A stretch of DNA of 64,000 bases from an uncultured Chloroflexia bacterium (GTDB lineage: Bacteria > Chloroflexota > Anaerolineae > CG2-30-64-16), in the NCBI GenBank assembly GCA_963774265.1, contig CAVZDU010000001.1, positions 64,001 through 128,000 on the forward strand. The letters run 5' to 3'. Positions within the stretch are counted from its first letter, which is position 1. Every line of letters begins with the position of its first letter. The position numbers were made by a program, and so were the translations under genes. This document shows, one piece after another, positions 9,787 to 20,130 of the stretch. The notes under the pieces are model-generated. The model saw only the letters and a program-made list of their open reading frames with translations, was not told the origin of the DNA and did no database searches.

Positions 9787-11292
9787 TCAGCGCCTCACGA
9801 ACGGGGCAAAAACTACCGCCTTAGGATTGATAACCGTAATGGGTAAGCCTGTCGAGCCTGCGCGCACTGTAACGGTGCGAGTGCCCGGCTTCAGCGTTGC
9901 ATCCGCAGTCAACTTGATCGTCGAAATACCCCAGGGTGGGTTCATCGTCGAAGGACTGACCGTCCCCCGCACCCCCGAGGGCAGCTCCAGGGCGATTGAT
10001 GTTTGCGCCGATAACCCATAGCCCTGCAATGTAACGGTTGTCGATGCGCCTGGACGGAGCAGAACGACGCTGCTGCTGAGTATAAACGGCTGACTCGGAT
10101 TCGAACAAAGGGCGTAGGGTGGTGTAGCCTGCGCCACGGTGGGCAGCCCGTTTGTGTATGTACTCGTGCGAACGGTGTTCACATAAGCGTCGGTGATCTT
10201 GCGTCCCGCATCACCCGGCAGCGGCTGCACACCGGTGCAGCCTCCGCTATTCTGACAGTCCTGTCCACCCGTGGTCACTCGGAAGTCCGCGTTGCCACGG
10301 CTACCATACGCGAAATCGTTGAACCAGACAATTCCCCGCACAAATGGATAGTCAGCCAACTTGGTGTACAGGTTCGTGATCCAGGCAGCCTTAGCAGAAC
10401 CGCTCCCATCCTGATCGACGGATCCGATTTCCGAGATAATCACCGGTTTAGCATAGCGACATGCCAGATCGCGGAGGACGCCATCATACAACACCTCGAA
10501 GCTTTCCCAGGGTCGATCGCGCCAACTATACCAATTGTACCCGCTAAGACCGATCCAATCAACATAGGCGTCTCCGGGATAGTAGTTGTGAAGGCTATTC
10601 CAGGCTTCGTCTGGGTTGCTGGCGTAGTTCGGTGACCATATCCACTCGACGTTGTTGGCGCCCACCTCACGGAAGAGGTTCCGGACGCGCTGGAACATGG
10701 CAACATAGGATCCTGCATCCAGTCCATACCGTCCCGGCCACCACGCCACGTCGCTGATGTTCATTTCATGAGCGAAACGGATGATGAAGCGTTCCGGGCG
10801 CGCTTTGAGGGCCCGTGCATAGCTGCGAATATAACCATCGCAGCGCCCCGCGTTTACGGCGCGCAACGGCCCTTGCCCGTCATTGAAACCCAAGTCGCAT
10901 CCAGAGCTGTTAGCCGTGGGTTCCCATGCCAGGAGGATTGTCGGTCGACGTCCTTCCGGTACTTTGTTCAGAATATCATCGAGCAGGAATGGATCGAATG
11001 CAGACCAAGGGGTGAAGAAGGCGACAATCGCAAGATCCTTGCCGACCAGGCCATTGTAGGCCATGACCTCGTTGCCGTAGGAGTACCAATTGCCGTTGCC
11101 GTAATCGACAAACACAGGCCGCAGATGGGCGCCGTGTGCGATGCCAAGCACGCCCGCAACTGGGACGGCATCCGGACTCTCGGATTGAGGAATATCCTGT
11201 GCAAATCCCACGAGAGAGCTCGTGATGAAAAGCACTATAATTTGAGTCAACAGTAGGTAGAAGGCGCGAACGCGCCTGTTTTGGCCAGTCAT
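9787..11292 (-). CDS. Secreted GH26-family glycoside hydrolase with C-terminal Ig-like domain and VVFAPFVRR tail
   Basis: Signal peptide; IRFAHEMN, WIWSPN, YYPGDAYVDWIGLSGYN, IISEIG. Confidence 0.85.
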   Translation of the reverse strand: MTGQNRRVRAFYLLLTQIIVLFITSSLVGFAQDIPQSESPDAVPVAGVLGIAHGAHLRPVFVDYGNGNWYSYGNEVMAYNGLVGKDLAIVAFFTPWSAFDPFLLDDILNKVPEGRRPTILLAWEPTANSSGCDLGFNDGQGPLRAVNAGRCDGYIRSYARALKARPERFIIRFAHEMNISDVAWWPGRYGLDAGSYVAMFQRVRNLFREVGANNVEWIWSPNYASNPDEAWNSLHNYYPGDAYVDWIGLSGYNWYSWRDRPWESFEVLYDGVLRDLACRYAKPVIISEIGSVDQDGSGSAKAAWITNLYTKLADYPFVRGIVWFNDFAYGSRGNADFRVTTGGQDCQNSGGCTGVQPLPGDAGRKITDAYVNTVRTSTYTNGLPTVAQATPPYALCSNPSQPFILSSSVVLLRPGASTTVTLQGYGLSAQTSIALELPSGVRGTVSPSTMNPPWGISTIKLTADATLKPGTRTVTVRAGSTGLPITVINPKAVVFAPFVRR

Positions 11293-11319
11293 GAAAACCT
11301 CGCTGGTTTTGGTTACTTA

Positions 11320-12333
11320 CTACTGGGCGTCGGTATGCGTGCGAAGTCGCTCCTGGCGAGAGAGACCCCGGCGAAGGGTAACGGGCAGCCGGTGCAACTC
11401 GGCTCCCACAAAAGTCCCCAGCGCTGAAGCCAGATGCCAGGAGGGGCTATGTGCCATCCAGAAGAGTCTACGCCCCAGTGACTGATGTTTGAAAGGCTCT
11501 ATCGTGTAGGTGAAGCGCCAATCCGCCAGCACCTGCCTCGGGATACCGGCAAAGAGCCGCAACCAGTTGCGCCATCCGTGATAGACGTTACCGGGGAACA
11601 ACTCTTTCATCCCGGCAGCGTGGTCCACATTCTGCCGAAACTGTTCCAGAACGGGATAGTCGTGCGAGTGCACAACAGCCGAAGCAGGTTCGAATACCAG
11701 GCGATAACCCGTCTGGAGCGCTCGGTCGGCCCAGTCCGCGTCTTCTGCGAAATCGACAGCCCGAAATGGAACCTGCGCCCAAGCGCTGCGCCGCAGAGCC
11801 GAACTTGTATCAGAAAAGTAAACGTAATACAACTTGTCTCGTTGGTAAAGTTGCCTATCATCCGGCATGGCTTTGACCAGTCGCTCGTGACCCCCCGTTT
11901 GCCAAACGGTCAGCAATTGACGGGCGAGTGCTGGGGCGGCGTCAGGCCGTGGGATATGCCGGCTGAAAACGCCACCCACGGCCGGGTCCTCCTGCATTGG
12001 TCGTATCAGATGCGCCAGCCACAGTTCATTTGCTGGCGTTGCGTCTTGCGTCAGGTAGACAAGATACTGCGAATCCGGGTAAGCCAGTTTTGCCCCCAGA
12101 TTACGCGTCTCCCCGTGATTGAACTCCTCCGGCGGAATCTCGTGCAGTTGGAGAGGAAACCTCCGCAAGACTTCCTTCGACCGGTCTCCCGACCCTGAGT
12201 CGATTGCGATGACTTCGAACGGGCCGGCGTCGCGCTGTGCAAAAACGCTGTTAAGCAACTCTCCAAGGTAGCGTTCCCCATTCTTGACGAGGATGATGAT
12301 TGAAGAGGTTGGGAGATGTTCCAAGTCCTTCAC
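11320..12333 (-). CDS. Glycosyltransferase family 2 (rhamnosyltransferase-like)
   Basis: IDSGSGD, FNHGETRN, LTQDATP, FAEDADWA, HSHDY; GTG start overlaps upstream stop. Confidence 0.88.
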   Translation of the reverse strand: MKDLEHLPTSSIIILVKNGERYLGELLNSVFAQRDAGPFEVIAIDSGSGDRSKEVLRRFPLQLHEIPPEEFNHGETRNLGAKLAYPDSQYLVYLTQDATPANELWLAHLIRPMQEDPAVGGVFSRHIPRPDAAPALARQLLTVWQTGGHERLVKAMPDDRQLYQRDKLYYVYFSDTSSALRRSAWAQVPFRAVDFAEDADWADRALQTGYRLVFEPASAVVHSHDYPVLEQFRQNVDHAAGMKELFPGNVYHGWRNWLRLFAGIPRQVLADWRFTYTIEPFKHQSLGRRLFWMAHSPSWHLASALGTFVGAELHRLPVTLRRGLSRQERLRTHTDAQ

Positions 12334-13436
12334 CCTCTGCCAACCATGCTGCTTTCGAGGGCCCCCAGCCACAAGGTCGCTCCCTGCGCCAACGTCCTCT
12401 TTTCGTATAAGTAGCGTTGCGCCGCGTAGGCAATCACACGTGCCTGAGCCGGGTGCGTGATGAGATGCACCAGCGCCTCCTCCCAGGCGTCCGCGTTGTT
12501 ATCGACGAGCCACCCTGTCACACCCTGCTGAACGCTCGAAGTATACGCCGGCACCCGGCTGAAAACGCCTGCAGCACCGATCGCCGCATAATCCAGGAAC
12601 TTGATATCCGATTTGTAACCGTTGAAAGTTGTGGCCACAAGGGGCGCGAGCGCGATGTCCCAGCGGCACGATGCGCAGAACCAGGGCAGAAAGGCCGGGT
12701 ATTCCGCGAAAACCGGTCCAGGGTTGCGTTCATAGCATGGCATACCGTAGAAATGCGACCAGGTCTCAATACGGGTGGCAACCCCCACGATCTCGATGCG
12801 AATCTGTCCCTCGTATCGCTTGCAGATGGAACGCAGGGCCGGCACGATCAGGTGCAAATCATCATCGTGCGTCCGCGTCCCCATGTAACCGATGGTCACA
12901 GATGTGTCCTGGATGCTTCGTTGCCGCCAGGCGGATATCCAGGTGCGATAGTCTTCGACCAGCGCGCTCCTGGAAGGAGTCAACAGGCGCTCGTCAAGGT
13001 AATTGGGGATAACCAGGACGTGTGGGTTGAACTCCTGCAGTGCACTTCTGAGTGCGTCGGTACTCACAATGATTTGATCCGCGCTCCGCAGGAAGACATT
13101 CAGCGCATCCAATCGCGGCTGCGTCAGGTGGAAGTCCTTGCGCTCGCTCTGCAGTGCAATCAGATTGTCATCCAGGCTGTAAAAGAGCCGTGCTCCCCCG
13201 CGCCGCACCTGGTCGATCAACTCGCTGGCCACTTCAAACGATACATCGGGGCGCCACAGTCTATCCACTACGACCACGTCCACCCGGTCCATGCACAGTT
13301 CTCGCCCAGCCGACACACGCACCCAGGGCTGTAGACTGGGGTGGGTCAATGGTCTCAACAGGCGGGCGTGCGAATGGGAATATGGAAGGCCGTCGTGGCC
13401 ATGTTCGTACAGGACGTGCAGGCGACAAGGTCTCAT
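12330..13436 (-). CDS. Glycosyltransferase, GT-B fold
   Basis: YSLDDNL, IGYMGTRTHDDDL, DIALAPL..FNGYKSDIKFLDY. Confidence 0.82.
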   Translation of the reverse strand: MRPCRLHVLYEHGHDGLPYSHSHARLLRPLTHPSLQPWVRVSAGRELCMDRVDVVVVDRLWRPDVSFEVASELIDQVRRGGARLFYSLDDNLIALQSERKDFHLTQPRLDALNVFLRSADQIIVSTDALRSALQEFNPHVLVIPNYLDERLLTPSRSALVEDYRTWISAWRQRSIQDTSVTIGYMGTRTHDDDLHLIVPALRSICKRYEGQIRIEIVGVATRIETWSHFYGMPCYERNPGPVFAEYPAFLPWFCASCRWDIALAPLVATTFNGYKSDIKFLDYAAIGAAGVFSRVPAYTSSVQQGVTGWLVDNNADAWEEALVHLITHPAQARVIAYAAQRYLYEKRTLAQGATLWLGALESSMVGRG

Positions 13437-13535
13437 GTGAGCTCTCGTGCATAATTGAACGAGATCCTCATGGTTTCCAACGCATCGAGCATCAAAAGGA
13501 AACGGTCCACGCGCAACACATCCATGGATTTAGCA

Positions 13536-16500
13536 TCAGGCGAAGAGCGTCTGGAGGATATTGTATGTCGGAAGCTCGGGGTGGTAGGCGCACACTTCGG
13601 CCGTGCCTGCCTTCTGCAGGCGCTGCCTGAGGCTATGATCCTCCACCAGCCGCGTGAGTGCGGCCGTGCACGCGTCAGCCGAACCAGTATCGACCACCAG
13701 GCAGTTGTGATTGTGCCTGGCAAACGCGCTCGTGCCGCCCGCCTCCGGAACAATCACCGCCGCTCCGCTCGACATTGCTTCTTGGGCGGTGATCCCCAGC
13801 GCTTGAAAGGTGGAGAAATCCACAAAAATGTCGACCTCGTTCAGAAAGGACGCGACCTGGCGTTGGTTGAGGGCGCCAGCGAGGCGCCAATTGAAGTCCC
13901 TGGGCAGTTCAAGGAATCCGGGCTCCAGCGGATTCGTGCCGAAAAGGCGAATTTCGACGCGTGCGCCGAATTTGTGCTCGACCACGCGCAACACTTCCAT
14001 CGTCAATCTGGGCGCACGATGCGGCGTCATCGGACGAATCATTGCCGCAACCCGGAGAGGACGATCCGGCCACTCCGGAAGGGCACGTGGTCGCGGGCCG
14101 GAAGAGGGTGGCATTGTAGCAAGGGCCTACCAGCCCACACTCCATGCCCGTGTTGCTGATCACCTCGTTCCGAATCCACTCGGTGGTCGCAAATCGCACC
14201 ATTTGGGGAATGACCGAATACGAGGCCCAGGCAAGTTTGTAATCTGCGCTGGTGGGCTGATAAAAGTAGGGTTCGAAATCCTGAATGAAGTAACCGAGAA
14301 CAGTCAGCGGGGCCTGGGTGGCCAGCGGCAGCAACCAGAATGCACTGACATTGGCCGTGGCAATGACGGCGTCATACTGTGGACCGAGGCGACCCACGTC
14401 CTCGGGTTGTCCATAGAAAACGGGGATGTCAAGCCCGGGGTAGATGCGTTCAAAATCCTCGCGGTACTCAGCGAGATTGAATATGCTGACGTCGACGCCC
14501 ATGTCGCGCATGATGGCGGCCTTGGAGACGATCACCGCGCCACCACCGCCCGATGTCCGAACGGGTAGGACCCAGAGGACTTTGCGGCCACCGAAATTCT
14601 CCCGGCCCTGGCGCAACAGGGCTTCCTTTTGAGGCAGGACCGCCGCGTGCCCACGAATCCCTTCCAGCACACGATCGCCAGCGAGAAAATCTACGCCGGC
14701 CTGCACGCTGCGAGCTCCATGCTTCCGCTTAAGCGTCTCGTTGGCTCGATCGCATAATGCCCGTCGTTTCTCGTCGCTGTAGCTCTTCGAGCCAGCGTGA
14801 TAGACGTAAGTATCGTCGGCCAGTGCCAGCAACCAGCCACTTTTCCGCGCACGGAGGCAGTAATCATTCTCCTCGCCGTATCCAGCGCCGAAACACTCTT
14901 CGTCGAGGTAGCCGGTGTTGTCGATCACTTGCCGCCGGATCAGCAGGCAGAAACCATTGAGGAACGGCAAGCGCGGATACGACCGGGCAGAGTAGCGGGC
15001 AACGGTCTCGGCCATCGCGGTTACGGTAAGACCTTCGGGAAGCAGGTTATTAGCCCAATCAGCGCCGTCATACACCTGCGGAATTGACTGCCAGGTCGCG
15101 GCATTGGACAGCGGACCGACGATGCCTATCTGCGCGTCTGAAACCATGCACGCCACGAGGCGGTCAAGCCAGCCGGGGCCGACAACAGTGTCGCTGTTCA
15201 ACAGCAGGACGAAGTCAGCCGTTGAATGCTGCAAGCCCTGGTTCGCCGCGCGGGTATATCCGCGCGGCTGTTCATTCCGAATCAGCAGGAAGCCCGATGT
15301 TTGCGCCGATTCAGTGAGATAATCTGCGGTCGGTGCGTCACTGCCATCATCGACCAGGATGACCCGGTAGGGCGGCGAACTGTAAGACTGCAGTGACTCC
15401 AGACAAAGCTTCACGTCGTCCAGCGCGTTATGAACACAAATAACGATATCAACTACTGCCGCATGGGGAGGAATGGAGGGTGGCGCCGGCACATCATGGA
15501 TCACCAGTTCCGAGGCGCCCTTTGCAGTGCTTGTTTTCCAGCGCGCCTTACGCCACAGTGCCCCCAGCTGTTGATCGACCTCGTAGCGCAGGCGGTGGCC
15601 GTGGACATGCAGCGCCTCACGGTTGTGCAGCCGGATCAGCTGCCAGGCAGCATCCAGGATCTGGTCACGCGAGCTGCGGGGAGGAGCGATCGAGTTGCGT
15701 GCTCGCTGCAGAGTGCGAACGAACGCGTATCCGGGCGTACTCTCAAGCTCACTCCAGCGCTGGTGCCAACGGCGCAACTCCTGGTCCTGCTCAGTCAGTT
15801 CCCCGGTCACATCGCTCAGCGCCTGAGCCAACTCATCCGCCGGTCTTTCGTTCAGCCGCACTGAAGAGGCTGGCGTGGATTTGACAGCGCCTCCCGAGGG
15901 TTGCCGTAGTTCCAAAGCAAGGGCGCGCAGGTCGCGGTTTTCCTTACGCAGCACCCAGTAGCCGCGCTCATAATCGCGGATGATGCGATGCAACGGTTCC
16001 TGGCGCCGTCTGAGCCGAACCGCCCATTCTGTGATGAACGAGGCATCAAAATCCACATCGCGATAAAAGCCCTGCTGTGCAAACAACTCAGCCCAGTATT
16101 CCGGCGGCTGCACATTGAAATGGGTGACCTCTTTGTAATCGAAAGGGGTGGAGGAAAAGAGAATGTCGTCCGTGAAAAGACACAGATTCGCGATCGCTGC
16201 CCGCGCTTCATCCGCTCGCATGTGTTCCAGAACTTCAATTGAGACGATCAGATCGTAGCGCCGAGGCAGGGGCTCGGCAATCGAGCCTTTTTCGCAGTAG
16301 GGCCGGATAGAGGGGTGGACATTATCGATGGCAAAGGCAGAGACATCCCGGCCGTAGGCCTCCACGCCTCTACCCCGCAACCCTTCTACCAGAAAGCCGA
16401 GCGCGCAACCGGCATCCAACACACTCTGCGGACCGATATCAGCAATGATGCGGTCGGCAATACCTCGAAAGAATGCTAACCATTCTTCGTCACGTTCATA

Positions 16501-16566
16501 TTTGCGACCGCACCCGGTCGCGTAGTAGCGCGCATCGAACACCTCGGCCGGGGTCACTTCCGTCAT
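13536..16566 (-). CDS. Multidomain SAM-methyltransferase / coiled coil / GT2 / GT4 (WsaE/WsaF-like) glycan synthase, ~1009 aa, broken by a 1-bp insertion near 14097
   Basis: VLDAGCALG and EVLEH methyltransferase motifs; helical linker; VDDGS, LLNSDT, GYGEENDY (GT2); FIQDFEPYF and, after the shift, QALGITAQEAMSSG (GT-B). Removing one C gives LFRPRPRALPEWPD. Confidence 0.85.
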
Positions 16567-17867
16567 CCTGACTCGGCCTCCATCGCGATCAGCGGCTTGT
16601 TTGGAGTAAGCTCTGCCGTCCAGGTTCCACCCAACGTCACAACGCCGTAGCGCTCGCGAGCGCGCTCCGGCGACACGCGGAAAGAGTAAACCCGATCGTG
16701 GTAATCGTACACTTCGCTATCGGCGCTATCGACGGCAGCAACCGATACCAGATAGAGGCCTTCAAGCAGCGGCAATTTGGGAATCCGGTACACAACCTGA
16801 CCGTCGCCTTGAGTGGCCGGGATGTGCAACCCATCAAACTGCGTATTGGGGCCGCACACATGAACGCCGTTCTGATGGTGGATGGCAAGGCCGAAGACAG
16901 GCTCATGCCCACCCTCACGGATGGTGTACGAAAGCCGGATTTCCATCGGAGAACCGGTGAAAAACACCTTGCGCTCCTGCCCATCCTTGTCGCACAGCTC
17001 GATGCGTGTCACCTCCACACGGCCTGAACCCCACCGCCGGCCTTCGCCCGGTGCAGCCAGAGGTAGGGTGCCCGCTTTCGCCTGCGCTTCATCGGCCACG
17101 TGGTTGATGTAGGCCATCGCCACGTCCAACGGACCGCCCGCGGCCCGCACCCCGCCGTGATCCAGCCAAATGGCTCGGTTGCAGAGCGCCTGAATCGAGG
17201 AAATGTCGTGGGATACAAAAAGGAGTGTTCCGCCGTCGGAGCGGAACTGCTGGATGCTATCCAGACACTTATGCTGGAATGAAACGTCACCCACCGCCAG
17301 TACTTCATCCACCAGCAGGATATCCGGATCACTATGGATCGCAACGGCAAATCCCAGCCGCACGTACATACCCGACGAATAGTGCTTGATCGGGACATCG
17401 ATGAAGTCCCCAAGTTCAGCGTAGTCGATAATTTGATCGATGCGGTCCCGCATCTGACGCCGGCTCAAACCATACACCGAGCCGTTGAGAAAGATATTCT
17501 CGCGGCCGGTCAGCTCATGATGGAAGCCTGCGCCCAACTCGAGCAGAGAAGCAATGCGACCATTCACGCCGATCTCACCCTGGGTCGGTTCAAGGATGCC
17601 CGTAATGAGCTTGAGAAGAGTACTCTTGCCCGAACCGTTGGGCCCGATCACCCCGAAGCAGTCGCCTCGCTGCACGTCAAATGACACATCCTGGATCGCC
17701 CAAAACCGCTGCCGGCTGTCCTTTTGACGGTGAAGCAACCGTATGAAAGTGCTTTGAAATGAACGACTCACTTCGCGCCGCAGCGTAAAGCGCTTCGAAA
17801 CATGAGACAGGTGAATAAGCGGCTGATCGTTTGCCGGCGCCGCCCGATGATTGCGGCCAAACATCAT
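16563..17867 (-). CDS. wzt: Polysaccharide ABC transporter ATPase with C-terminal carbohydrate-binding domain
   Basis: GPNGSGKST, YSSGMYVRLGFA, LLVDEVLAVGD, RWGSG-led Wzt_C domain. Confidence 0.92.
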   Translation of the reverse strand: MMFGRNHRAAPANDQPLIHLSHVSKRFTLRREVSRSFQSTFIRLLHRQKDSRQRFWAIQDVSFDVQRGDCFGVIGPNGSGKSTLLKLITGILEPTQGEIGVNGRIASLLELGAGFHHELTGRENIFLNGSVYGLSRRQMRDRIDQIIDYAELGDFIDVPIKHYSSGMYVRLGFAVAIHSDPDILLVDEVLAVGDVSFQHKCLDSIQQFRSDGGTLLFVSHDISSIQALCNRAIWLDHGGVRAAGGPLDVAMAYINHVADEAQAKAGTLPLAAPGEGRRWGSGRVEVTRIELCDKDGQERKVFFTGSPMEIRLSYTIREGGHEPVFGLAIHHQNGVHVCGPNTQFDGLHIPATQGDGQVVYRIPKLPLLEGLYLVSVAAVDSADSEVYDYHDRVYSFRVSPERARERYGVVTLGGTWTAELTPNKPLIAMEAESG

Positions 17868-18727
17868 AGTTCCTCTCCGAAACGGCTGCTGTAGCGCAAG
17901 AAGAACCAATAGCCGAACCCCAGGACGATCAGCGATGTTGCGGCTGTGCGCAGGAAGAAGTCCATATTGGTGCGATAGCCCCAGTACAGCAAATCCCGAT
18001 ACGCCGCAATAAGCGACGCCAATGGATTCAAAATGTACATCCACCGGTGGATATCCAACGTGATGCCCGCCAACTCAAAGTTGCGCGGCAGGACCTCGAT
18101 GGGATAGAAAATCGGCGTGAGAAAAAACCACGCTTGCAGCACAACGTCCATGATCATTCCCGTATCGCGATAGAAGACGTTAAGTGTGCTCAAGACGAAG
18201 CTCACGCCTAGCACAAAGCAAGTCTCGATCAGGATGACCACCGGCAACAACCAGATATATGGGCTCAGCCGCGTATGGGTTACCACCAAGGCGCCGAAAA
18301 GCACGAGCAGGGCAAGCAGGAAGTTCACCAAATTGGCGAGCACGCTGGCAATGGGCAGCACCTCACGCGGGAAATAGACCTTCTTCAAGAGGTTGCTGTT
18401 ATTAATCAAGCTGTGCATGCCTCCGGTGATGCCCGTAACGAAATATTGCCAGGGCAGGAAGCCGCAAAGAAAGAAAATCGGGAACTTCTCAAGCTGTGTG
18501 TTCGGCACCATTACGGTGAAAACCAGGGTGAACACCAGCATCATCCCGAGAGGGTTAAGGAGGCTCCACAGGAATCCAAGCACGCTGTTCTTGTAGCGCG
18601 CCTTCAGCTCCCTGACCACAAGATTCAAAATGAGCTCGCGGAAGGACCACAATTCCTGTATACGACGATACAACGAGATGCGCCGAACACGGACCGGGCT
18701 CTCGGTAGCGAAGTTGGTTGAACTCAC
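17864..18727 (-). CDS. wzm: Polysaccharide ABC transporter permease
   Basis: RELKARYKNSVLGFLWSLLNP, KKVYFPRE, FFLTPIFYP, LNPL. Confidence 0.93.
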   Translation of the reverse strand: MSSTNFATESPVRVRRISLYRRIQELWSFRELILNLVVRELKARYKNSVLGFLWSLLNPLGMMLVFTLVFTVMVPNTQLEKFPIFFLCGFLPWQYFVTGITGGMHSLINNSNLLKKVYFPREVLPIASVLANLVNFLLALLVLFGALVVTHTRLSPYIWLLPVVILIETCFVLGVSFVLSTLNVFYRDTGMIMDVVLQAWFFLTPIFYPIEVLPRNFELAGITLDIHRWMYILNPLASLIAAYRDLLYWGYRTNMDFFLRTAATSLIVLGFGYWFFLRYSSRFGEEL

Positions 18728-20004
18728 AAAGCCTCTGTTTTGCGTGATGAATGGGCCAGTATGGGTCCTTCCGCGACCGGCGCTTCGCCGCGGACCCGCG
18801 CGTAGAGTTGCGCAATTTGCTGTCCGGCGGGCCCCCAGCCGAACAACTGCGCTGCGCGCTGGCGCAGACGGTGCCCTCGTTGATTGGTGTGTTGGGACTT
18901 GTCTACGTCGTCAAGCGCCTGGTGCAGACACTCAGCCAAACTGCTGGAATTCCCTGGCTCAGCGTAGATGCCATCCGACCCAAGATATTCGCGCGCCACT
19001 GGCGTGTCGAAGGCCACCACCGGTAAACCAACTGCCATGTAATTCAGGAGCTTACCTGCGCCTTCTGTCAAGCTCATCTTGGGCGCTGCCGCCACCTGGC
19101 CGAGCGCCAGGTGCGCAGGCGCCTCGCCGTAGGGCACGCGGCCCGTCAGAGTCACGCGATCGCCGATGCCAAGGTCAATCGCTCGCTGGCGATACTGCAG
19201 CACGTTCGGGAAGCCCATCAACAAGAGGTGAGCATCCTGGCGTCGATTCACAAGCTCCCGCATCGCGTCGAGCAACAATCCGACGCCTTGATACTCAGCC
19301 AGCAGGCCGAGATAAACGATCAGGCGCCGTTCTGCCGGAATTCCGAGTTGCTGCCGCAAGGCAGCAAGTTCACCAGGATCATATTTTGTGCTGGGGCAGA
19401 AAACTTCAGTGTTGACGCAGTCGGGAAGCGCCTGCACGCGGTCTGGCCGGCACCCAAACTTGTCAAGTAGCAACTGTCGAGCATGGACGGAGCTTGTCAA
19501 CACCATCGCGGAAGAGCGATCGATCATCGTCTCCAGTCTTAGCAGGGCAGAACTGAAGTAGCTGTCATGGCGCAGAAAGCGGTGATCCATCATTTCTGCC
19601 GTCAGGCTGCCCTGAAAATCGAACACCACTGGCAAGCGAAGGAACCTGCCCAGGACCACCCCGATCAGCGCACCTTCATGCAAATGAGCGTGGATGACAT
19701 CAAACCGGCGTCGCGCCAGTAGTTGCAGCGTCTTCAGGCCGAGGAGAGCGTCAAAAGCGATCTTGTGGCGGCTGGCCCCCACTTCATATCCCTTACGCCA
19801 TGGGATAGGCAGGGTGCGTTCAATGTGTATGCCAGGCACATCCTGACCATTGCGATAGGTCACGATCGTGACCGAATGCCCTAGTTGCTGAAGAATCCGC
19901 GCCTCTTCCAGGATGCGCACATGGCAGCCGTAGTCGGCGAAGAAGCTTGTCGGTGCAATCATTAGCACGCGGTAGCTCCGGAATGCCAGCGGAGTTCCCG
20001 ACAT
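18724..20004 (-). CDS. Glycosyltransferase family 4
   Basis: IAPTSFFADYGCHVRI, HAHLHEG, KLLNYMAVGLPVV. Confidence 0.88.
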   Translation of the reverse strand: MSGTPLAFRSYRVLMIAPTSFFADYGCHVRILEEARILQQLGHSVTIVTYRNGQDVPGIHIERTLPIPWRKGYEVGASRHKIAFDALLGLKTLQLLARRRFDVIHAHLHEGALIGVVLGRFLRLPVVFDFQGSLTAEMMDHRFLRHDSYFSSALLRLETMIDRSSAMVLTSSVHARQLLLDKFGCRPDRVQALPDCVNTEVFCPSTKYDPGELAALRQQLGIPAERRLIVYLGLLAEYQGVGLLLDAMRELVNRRQDAHLLLMGFPNVLQYRQRAIDLGIGDRVTLTGRVPYGEAPAHLALGQVAAAPKMSLTEGAGKLLNYMAVGLPVVAFDTPVAREYLGSDGIYAEPGNSSSLAECLHQALDDVDKSQHTNQRGHRLRQRAAQLFGWGPAGQQIAQLYARVRGEAPVAEGPILAHSSRKTEAL

Positions 20005-20130
20005 GTTCAACTCCCAAGGTCACAAAAATACCTCAGCCTGATCTGGTAGATCGGCCGAAGCTACGGAAAATGATTATAGTCAGAAACACGGATTCAAAAA
20101 ACTTGCGGTGCAGGTCGCGCGTGAATGTAT

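Noticed and set aside
13433-13753. Separate 106-aa ORF
   Set aside because: Overlaps the GT4 C-terminus in another frame and has no recognisable motifs.
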